Shown here piece after piece: positions 53,201 to 60,900 of a stretch of 64,000 bases of DNA. Position 1 is the first letter of the stretch, and every line of letters begins with the position of its first letter. The notes beneath the pieces were generated by a model that saw nothing but the letters and a program-made list of their open reading frames with translations, ran no database searches and was not told the origin of the DNA. The stretch lies in the IMG/VR virus record IMGVR_UViG_3300031576_000001, positions 62,001-126,000 of that record. One strand, 5' to 3'. Made by a program: the position numbers and the translations under genes.

Positions 53201-54538
53201 ATTTTCAACGTGACCAGCACCAACGTAGAGGGTTCTGCGGGCACAGGGACACCGGGTCAGACGTACACGGACGTTCAGACCGGGCTACGGTTCAGCGTGC
53301 TACCGGCTAGCTCCGGGGGGTACACGCCCGGCGGCTCGTTTACCCTCTTGGTGAGCCCTACCTTTGACGTGTCCCCCAGCATCCCCTCTTACTCGGTTCC
53401 TGGGTTGGAGCTTCTGGTCACCAACACGGTGGGCGTAGGAGCCAACGACACGGCGAACCTGCTCACGTTTGACCCCAGCGGAGCGGAGCCCAACGTAGGG
53501 GATTTCTACTACATAAGCTACCGCTACCTCAAGCAAGACTTTGACGCCAGGGTCTACCAGACGTTCAAGACCATCGAGGCTAACTTCGGTCGTCTGGGCG
53601 CTGATAGTCCCGTGACGCTGGGCGCTTACCTGGCTCTTCTCAACGGCGCCGTGCTGGTGGGTATCAAGCAGGTTCGTAAGGTGGTCAACACCGCAGAGGG
53701 TTCTACCCAGGACTACATTGACGCGATTGCGGACCTGGCTACGCCCCTCCCCGGCAACATCAAGCCTGACATTCTGCTGTCGCTCAACCCCAACGTGCAG
53801 ATCACGACCTACCAGGCTCAACACTGCGAGGTCATGAGCAACGAGCGTAACCAAAGCGAGCGCATGGGCTTCTTTGGGTTCGCATCCGGCACGGTGCCCA
53901 CGTCAGCGCAAGCGGTAGCCAAGAGCATCCTGTCTACCCGAATGGTGGGCTTCTACCCCGACTCGGCGGTTATCACGCTGACCAACGAGCTAGGAGAGAG
54001 CTTTGAGTCCCAGGTCAACGGCACCTTCCTCGCGGCGGCTGCCATGGGGGCGGTAGTCTCCCCCACCGTGGACGTGGCTACGCCCTACACAAGGCGCCGT
54101 ATCGTTGGCATTACCCGGCTGCCCAGGATTCTGGACCCCGTGGAAATGAACCAAACGGCCGTCTCGGGGCTAACCGTGCTTGAAGACCTGGACCCCATCA
54201 TCAGGATTCGCCACGGTTTGACCACGGACATGAGCAGTATCCTCAACAGGCTGCCCACCGTGACCCAGATTTCTGACCACGTTCAGCAACAAAGCCGGGC
54301 TACGCTGGACCCCTTCGTGGGCACCAAGTTTCTAGAGACACGCGCCAACGAGGTTGAGGTCAGCATGACCTCCCTCTTCCGCGGGTTGAAGCAAGCTGAG
54401 ATCGTAGGAGCCTTCAACGGCTTCTCCGCTTTCACGGACCCTGACGACGTAACGTCGCTCATTTTGGAGGGTTTCTACGCACCCATCTTCCCATTGGAAT
54501 TTTTGCAGCTACGGTTCAATTTGAGAGCCAGGTTGTAA
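50249..54538 (+). CDS. Contractile tail sheath protein with large beta-rich insertions (1429 aa)
   Basis: N-terminal YAPPGVY; C-terminal sheath domain (AVSGLTVLED...IRHGLTT...APIFPLEFLQLRF). Confidence 0.85.
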   Translation: MAFGPFPTYAPPGVYTRTTRDANLQGVLANLRIPFVIGVGQEELEQLDYELIRGSSSTSDTPVFNEDPSERWVLDEINPANPTLGAQTGALTKLRVRNFPIVDGQGFGITTNDARKVTVKVNGVPVTVGAVQGSTGMVTLQVPTQPTDVVRVTYQFHRGDTAFQDDVSAQVTADSAVLLSPGVEPYNIQAGTSDQFKLKVNGTSRTVVFVANPATTAASVKSQIDAAMLGTGLSTSVFTDNQGLKHLQLNAQVSLEIEDGTANGILGFTQGNKTTRNQVFQVFQRPVVDGTSAGLTTTDPSKVVVKVNGLQVLASAVDGTNGKVTLPSAPPPGASVTVAYFSNTWQDTFDYLPNTAVTTVLRSGISPGRSDYIQGPDFVVSNPSPDVSIIHWGASVSVASDIRTAGAELFDGTQVLPTLVDERRYLAECERFTDTTVVPSQVSSTVFLLPDVPTLGNGRDTPLGQTLYNSISNARAALDSNRPDLVTVYTGRTLSDALGRSAATVVAVDGVTRKVTLKDPVPPDHLAFATFYYNRLVDDTYVLTNRVAGPVGTGQYEVLSALRAVNLFQVKFGTKVGFAQTLQWPRGVENIPDAFHTGDGTPVSEIVTVTFATAPATNAVFTNDGAAPYNFYVPSATWVTKLNLVDQTTNLVTATRGVMVSSRVPLTAGMITVPVAPDNILELTVDTGSITGTTNSEILSVSVALPTGAQTPVALVTAINAAIDAALTAELGPTVATLCSTVTIGTDAVFIIRSFTTPAALPSGFDTKSTVSIAQGTAETLLGFTTFQTASGSPQSINKPATLVGSLVGPYNITAGLNDTFRVRVNGTDYTIFLPTGPAVTTAAMVAQINLSTALSLASVGTLSNLGKVRLTAPSNTDQSSLVILNGSSNTVLGVTENDTASQVRVTNQEVVNSLMATAGFAASAIAYPQTFSGQGSFVTIETLSTGAGASIAFANSANSAFNLLAGTGIRPGIDGDNGENAHDIFNVTSTNVEGSAGTGTPGQTYTDVQTGLRFSVLPASSGGYTPGGSFTLLVSPTFDVSPSIPSYSVPGLELLVTNTVGVGANDTANLLTFDPSGAEPNVGDFYYISYRYLKQDFDARVYQTFKTIEANFGRLGADSPVTLGAYLALLNGAVLVGIKQVRKVVNTAEGSTQDYIDAIADLATPLPGNIKPDILLSLNPNVQITTYQAQHCEVMSNERNQSERMGFFGFASGTVPTSAQAVAKSILSTRMVGFYPDSAVITLTNELGESFESQVNGTFLAAAAMGAVVSPTVDVATPYTRRRIVGITRLPRILDPVEMNQTAVSGLTVLEDLDPIIRIRHGLTTDMSSILNRLPTVTQISDHVQQQSRATLDPFVGTKFLETRANEVEVSMTSLFRGLKQAEIVGAFNGFSAFTDPDDVTSLILEGFYAPIFPLEFLQLRFNLRARL

Positions 54539-54570
54539 AAAGCCCACGTTTTCGGTGGGGGTGAGCATAG

Positions 54571-54624
54571 TTCCTTGACGTGATTAGAGAAGTGGCGTAG
54601 TGACACTCTAATCACGTCAAGGAA
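54571..54624. repeat. Perfect 19-bp inverted repeat, 16-nt loop, covering the RBS of the downstream endonuclease gene
   Basis: TTCCTTGACGTGATTAGAG (54571-54589) and CTCTAATCACGTCAAGGAA (54606-54624). Confidence 0.8.
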
Positions 54625-54626
54625 GA

Positions 54627-56384
54627 GTGCATCGCATGACCACGCCAGAGGATACCTACGCAGACTTCGAGGGTAACGAGTCCTTCAACAGTCTGGTCAA
54701 GAAGCACCACGTAGCTCCCACCACCCTTCGTCAGTGGTGGTTGGCGCACTTTGGGGCAGTTCTTGTAGCTGAGAGGGGTAAGCGTATCCAAAGTGCCAGT
54801 GCCGTGATCACAGGGCGCTCACGTAAGGGCGCTACCCTTGTTTACAAGACGCTCACGGACACTTGCTGCCGCTGCGGGGTGGCTATGACCCTGACTGTAC
54901 TACAGAAGGCGATGACCAAGAGGGTCATCTGTGAGCCTTGTGAAGCTCAAGAGAGGGGCGTGGACCGTTACTGTCCGGTGTGTGGTTTCGGCTGCATCGG
55001 TAACAAGGGCTTGTCTACCCACATGCACCGTCCAGGGGTGACGGACCCAGAGGGTCATAAGCAGTACCTTGAGCAGAAGTCACAAGAAGAGGAGGCTGCT
55101 CGGTTCGAGGGTAAGGAGGAGGGCACGGATTACGTGGTGTGTCGTCTCTGCGGTCAGCGCGACACTTGGCTAGGTCGGCACCTCAAGGCGGCGCACCAGA
55201 TGGGAGCCGAGGACTACCGCATCCAGTTTTCCGGGGCGCTAGTCAGCTCCAAGAGTACCTCCGAGAAGCGTTCCAAGGCTCTTGTGGCTTACAGCCGAGC
55301 GCACCCTACGGCGGGTCAAAAGAAAACTGTACTCTGCTCCTCGTGTGATCTGCCGCATGACGTGGGGTGGTCGTTCTCACTTATTATACACGATAATCGG
55401 TGCGACGACTGTAAGGCGCGCGAGGAGGAGCTTGCAGAAGAGACCTACTGGGAAGGGAAAACGGAGCGTGAGGATTACGCAGTCTGTCAAGTCTGTGGGC
55501 ACAAGGCGAACAACCTCAACTCCCATATTATGTCGGAACACCCGGAGTTGGTGGGTAAGTATGTCGTGGTCTACCCTGGTAGCCTCATCTCCTCGCTCAA
55601 GAGTCCGATCCGTGACAAATCAAAAAACGTAGGTTCGCAGCACACCGCAGAGACCAAGCACTTGATGAGTGTGAACGCTGGACGCTGGAATAAGGGACTC
55701 ACTAAGGAGACGGATGAGCGTGTAGCCTGTGGTGCTGAGGCTCGAAAGGGGTATCCAGGGTGGGCTAAGGGCCTTACCAAGGAAACAGACCCACGGATAG
55801 CAGCACTAGCTGAGAAACTGTCTGCGTTGAGGCTGGGGGTACCACACGAAGCGGCTAGAGTTGTCTTGACTACGGAGGACTTTCTCCCTTACCGGCTAAA
55901 GAATGGTAAGGTGGTGGTAGGTTGGGCGTCAGCGGGTTTGGGCTACAGCGTACCCACAGTCACCCGCGAGGCAAAGCGGCTTGGGTTGCCCACCTATTCC
56001 AAGTGCGTTACGCAGACCGCTCTCGTCGCTCAGTTGGCTATCCTCTTGGGTGGTGCCACCTTTCAGCAAGAGTGGTCCTCCTCATGTTACCGAAATCCTC
56101 CCACGGACCACCCTTTCCGGTTTGATGGTTACTTCCCAGACCACAAGCTCTTGGTGGAATTTGAGGGGTTTTGCCACTATACCTTTCCGTCAGTTTACTT
56201 CCCTCTTGGTCGAGAAGTCGAGTACGCAGCCATGCAAGAGCGTGACCGTGAGAAGGTACGTCAGGTAAAGAAAGCCGGTGAGTTCCAACTCCTTGTCATC
56301 CATGAGTCGGAACCCTTTGCAGACCCCGGGTACCTCACCCAACGTCTACGTGACTTGGGTTTCCAAGTCACGCTCCCCGAGTAA
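54627..56384 (+). mobile_element. Putative homing endonuclease (Zn fingers, WNKGLTKETD repeats, PD-(D/E)xK-like C-terminus)
   Basis: Repeated DYxVCxxCG...HL units; WNKGLTKETDERVA twice (variant); FRFDGYF...LLVEFEG. Start may be ATG 54636. Confidence 0.72.
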
Positions 56385-56402
56385 ACCGCACCTAAACTTT
56401 CG

Positions 56403-56433
56403 CGTGAATCCTGTAGTCCCCTCTACGTAAGAG
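56403..56433 (+). promoter_or_regulatory. Bipartite motif (copy 4)
   Basis: CGTGAATC-N15-CGTAAGAG, 5 nt upstream of ATG 56439. Confidence 0.75.
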
Positions 56434-56438
56434 GGTGC

Positions 56439-56663
56439 ATGACTACCAAGGTTTTCAGCATCGAGTTCGAGGTCCACGGGCTCAACCACGTCATCAACGG
56501 CACGGTCGAGGGCACCGCCGTTACGGTCGAGGAGGTTGGTGTCGAGTCGAGGCGCACCAAGACCGACAGGTACGTCTCCTGGTACAACGAGTTCACGAAG
56601 GACGCCTTCGTCGCGGAGTTCTCCGACAAGATCGAGCCGCTGGCGCGCAAAGCTGCCAAGTTA
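56439..56663 (+). CDS. Small hypothetical protein (74 aa, TTA stop)
   Basis: Very GC3-rich up to ARKAAK-TTA; ending there removes the overlap with the next gene. Confidence 0.6.
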
Positions 56664-56691
56664 CCCGCCCCCCGGTGTACCGTAGGCTCCC

Positions 56692-57339
56692 ATGGCTAAG
56701 AAGCGCGTCACGGACTGGGCGGAACCCGCCATTGTTCACCTTGACCAGTGCGCGGGGCGACAAGTCATGGGGTACTTTGTGCGCCCCTCGACTACCTTGG
56801 TAGTGACCCGCCAGGAGTGGTGCGTGGTCCCCCAGAGAGGGTGTTACGCCAATTTCCTCATGAAGGACTACGTAGTCCTACACGACATGGGCAACGAGGA
56901 CAGGTCACACCTTACCCCCCTCCTACAGCGAAAGCTGGGTCTCAACCTGAAAGCCTCTTCGCTGGCGGTTCACAAGGAGACGGGGCATGTTTTCCAGTGC
57001 GAGTGGACGCACGAGGGGGACGAGACCTGTTGTGCCTACCTGGACCCTCTACCCTCCAGCCTCATCGTACCCGCCCCATACCGGAAGGGGCTCCTTGTGA
57101 GGGTGGATACCAAGCGACCCTGGGGGTGGTGGTTGCACGAGAGGGAGCTACACGACTTCATGAACCGAGAGATAGGCTACCGTGACCTACGCCGGTCTCT
57201 TGGTGTCAAGCTCTACGTGGACCAGATCACGGTTTGCGTCGAGCCGGTGTACGACGCTCACGAGCGGATCAATTTTCAAACCGTCACGCATGACAGCGCG
57301 GACCAAGGCACGGGCAAAGAGGGCTCTGTATGCCTCTGA
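56692..57339 (+). CDS. Hypothetical protein (215 aa)
   Basis: Clean ORF. Confidence 0.55.
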   Translation: MAKKRVTDWAEPAIVHLDQCAGRQVMGYFVRPSTTLVVTRQEWCVVPQRGCYANFLMKDYVVLHDMGNEDRSHLTPLLQRKLGLNLKASSLAVHKETGHVFQCEWTHEGDETCCAYLDPLPSSLIVPAPYRKGLLVRVDTKRPWGWWLHERELHDFMNREIGYRDLRRSLGVKLYVDQITVCVEPVYDAHERINFQTVTHDSADQGTGKEGSVCL

Positions 57340-57899
57340 GCCCCTCATTTCTCAAACCAGTGGGCGTAGCGCCCAAGGAGGGTGTAGCCGTGGGTGTTGA
57401 CTTTACAGCCAAGTTGTACGTGGGTTTCATCGTGTACGAGGAGGACTTCTGGACACACGCGACCGGGGAGCCTCACTGTCCCGAAGAGGGTCACCCTACA
57501 CCCAGGGGGGGCGCTATCTTCTGTGACCAGTGCGGGCGCAAGCTCATGCGTACCGTGGGTGCGAGTATACCCACCCCAGGGTTTCAGTATTACCTCTCGC
57601 TAGACGGGTTCAGTGCTGAGGAGGTCTGGCGAGGGTGGGCTACGGTGTCGGACAGTGACCTACACTTTGTTGACGTGCGCTATAGAAATCAGGAGCCTGA
57701 CAAGAGGTACCTGTGCCTCTTGGTGGGGTCCACGACGGCTTTCTACTACGAAAACTCGGGCAACGTGGTACACCCCCGGGACATGGTAGCGGAGGGCTTC
57801 ATGGTGTCGGGGTTGGCTGAGAGGGTGAGAAACCTCTTGGCGTGCCTGGGCAAGCCGGTGAATGACTTGCGGTGGGTCTTGTCGGCGGACGTGCTTTTA
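57330..57899 (+). CDS. Hypothetical protein with Zn-ribbon (TTA stop)
   Basis: HCPE...FCDQCG; ends SADVL-TTA; start may be GTG 57390. Confidence 0.55.
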
Positions 57900-57963
57900 C
57901 TTGTGCCTGTAGTCAAGAGCAGGGTAAAAACCCTCTCCATACCCCCCGAGACTGTAAGCTAAC

Positions 57964-60900
57964 ATGACACAACCCTACACTTACAACCGCCGCCGAGAAG
58001 CCGCTGTCGAAGAGCCTACCGAGGAGAACATCGGAGAGGTGGTGGTAGCTGAGTACATTGTATTCCTCTGGGCGGTAGACACTTACCTACGGTACCTGGA
58101 GGAGTCCGCTGGTGGTGTGGCTGACGATATAGCGGGCGCTGGACTGCGCATCCTACGCAGTCTGGAGGGTGCGGTAGCCGAGGGTGTCAAGACGCTCTTG
58201 ACCTCTGGCGTGTCCACCCCTGGGGCAAAGGCACTCCTAGAGGCTGCTTTTGCAAAGGCGGTAACCAACGAGGATGGTGTGTCGGCGCGGGCGTACAAGA
58301 TTCGAGCCGTGATTACCCGTGGCGGCGCTGCCCTCATCAAGCACATTTTTGGTACGAGCCGTAAGGCAGCCAAGGAAGTGTGGGACGGTCTTGCTGCGGT
58401 TCGTCAGGACGACCCTGACATGGCGCTAAGTAAGCTAGACATCATCACGCTACAGAACAAGCGGCTGGACAAGTGGATTAGCGTAGCCTCCGAGAGTGCA
58501 AAGCCTCGGTCGGCGCCGCCCATGAGTGCGGTAGCAGAGGCGGCGGCTGTGGCCACGGAAGCAGCTACGTCTCTCATGGAGAGCAAGCTCAAAGAGACGG
58601 GTTCTGTACCAGGCTCACAGGCTAGTGCGCAAGCTCAGGACGCCCACACCGCCAACGTGAAAGCCGTGGAGGACGACGCAAAGGCCGCCGCGCAAAAGGT
58701 GATGAAGCAAACCGGCGAGGAGGATAAGCCGGTTACCAAGAGTGAGGCGATTGCGATTGCTACTGCGGTGGCAGCGGCTACCAAGGCAGCGCCCGCAATA
58801 CCGGACAACATCCCGAAGGCTTTCACCAATAACGGTCGCCCTCTTGACCCGGAGCAAATGGCGGCTGCGTTGACGGACGGCAAGGTGCTTGTAGCAGCCG
58901 GCGCCGGTAGCGGCAAGTGTGTCCGCGGGGACACACTCATCGGGACATTGGGCGGTACCATCCGTATTGATGGGTGTCAACATAACCCACTGGTGCGCGC
59001 TGTACGCTCGGATTCCCTTAGTGTGGAGGCTAGGGCGGGGCAGTGGCTCGACATGGGAACGGACTTCGTTACCGAGGTAGAAACTCGGAGTGGAATTCGG
59101 ATTCGAGCCACTAAGGAGCACCCTCTTTTGGCGTGGAACGGCGCTGCTACCTGGGTCAAGGTGGGGGACATGCTAGGGGGGGAGCACCTCTTTATTCTTC
59201 CTGGGTACGCCCTCGGGACCGGGGCAGAAACGGTGGACCCCGATGAGGCATATCTTATAGGTCTCTTCATGGGGGATGGGTGTACCTCGAAGTACACCGT
59301 TTCGTGGTCTCGTGGGGGAGAATATCTACCCAAGCACTTTCATGCACTAGCCAGGCAGTTCTGGGGTGTGGATACGATCAAAGTCTACCCGAGGGCGGGT
59401 AGCTTGAGTGTGGAGCACCGTATTTCATCAAAAGACCTCGTGGACCGGCTTGTCGCACAAGGGGTCGCGTATCCCTCTGCGCGTGTGAAGGAGGTACCCT
59501 CTTGGCTCTTGCAAGCAAGTGATGCAGAGCGCATTCGATTCTTGCAAGGGCTCTTTGATACAGACGGGACCGCAGCCGGTTCAAGATGTGTGGAATGGGT
59601 CTCTGCATCCGAGACCCTGGCTCGTCAGGTACATCAAATGCTCATCGGGCTTGGCGTGGTGGGAATGTTGAAACCTAAACACGTTGAGGGGTACGAACAC
59701 ACCTACTGGCGCGTGCTCATTGGCTCTGAACAGATGCGAAACTTCAGAGCTGTAGTGGGTTTCAGGTACGAGTTGTCCAAAGTGGCGGCAGTTGATGACC
59801 TCTGTGACCGAGAGTGTAACCCAAACGTGGATGTTTACCCACACACCGCAGACCTACTTAAGAGAGTGCGGGAGTCGTGGAAGAAGCAAGGGCGCTGGCA
59901 AGGACACTCGCAGTCTCTTTTGATGGATGACCGTTGGGTCGTGGTCAAAGACTACCTGCTAGGGAAGAGGAACCCGTCTCGTCAGAAGCTACTTGATTTG
60001 ATACAAGGCTCTGAGAGCGACGAGGCACATCTTTTGGAGGCTCTGTCCCACTATTACCTGGACGAAGTGGTGACTGTGCGTAGGGACGTAGAGCGGTGCC
60101 AGGTTTATGATTTTCATGTGCCAGAAGCCCACAGTTTCGTGGCAAACGGGATCGTGTCGCACAACACCACCTGTGTGATTAGCCGTATTGCTTATCTCAT
60201 TCAAGACAAGAATGTGCGTCCAAAGCGCATCATAGCAGTAACGTTTGCCAAGAAGGCTGCTGGTGAAATCAAGGAGCGTGTTCACGCCAAGACCGGGCTT
60301 ACGGACAAGACTGGTCCCTTCATGGGGACGCTAAACTCCATGGGGATGCGTTTCATAACAGGCTCTCCTGATGACGGTGTGCCTACCTTCGGCACGCCTG
60401 AAGAGGCTGCCATGATGCGTCGCCCTCGCTTCATTTCGGGGAAGGGGGGGATCAGCCCGTCTGTCTTCACCAAGACCATTACGGGCATCTTCAACGAGTG
60501 TAGCCCTGACGCGCTGTCTAAGCACACCGGTTTCGCCAAGGCTGTCTTTGCTAAGGGTGCTCCCAACGCGAAGAAGATGGGCACGTTCATTAGCAAGTGG
60601 CGTGGTAATCAGATTACCTGGCAGGACGCCCGCGCTCAAGCCACCTCCAAGTCAGAGAGTCAAGCTGCTTTCTGGTACGAGTGTTACATGGGCTTGAAGG
60701 GTGATATTCCCGGGTGGCGTCCTCCCTGTCCGACCAAGCTGCACACCAAGTTCATGGACCGCTACCGTCGAGGTGGTGAGCGTCTAGGGGACATGGACGA
60801 TCAGCTACAGATTTTCCATAACATTCTCAAGAGGGACATTTCAGCACGCAAGCTGGTTCAAGGCATGTTCGATCACGTCATCGTCGATGAGGGTCAGGAC

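Noticed and set aside
367-57899. Explaining the TTA pattern as a +1-frame TAG (TTAG) or as bldA-style rare-Leu regulation
   Set aside because: Many cases are TTAT or TTAC and have no TAG. bldA-type TTA codons are internal Leu codons, whereas here TTA aligns with stop columns and start overlaps. Ribosome stalling followed by rescue cannot be excluded mechanistically.
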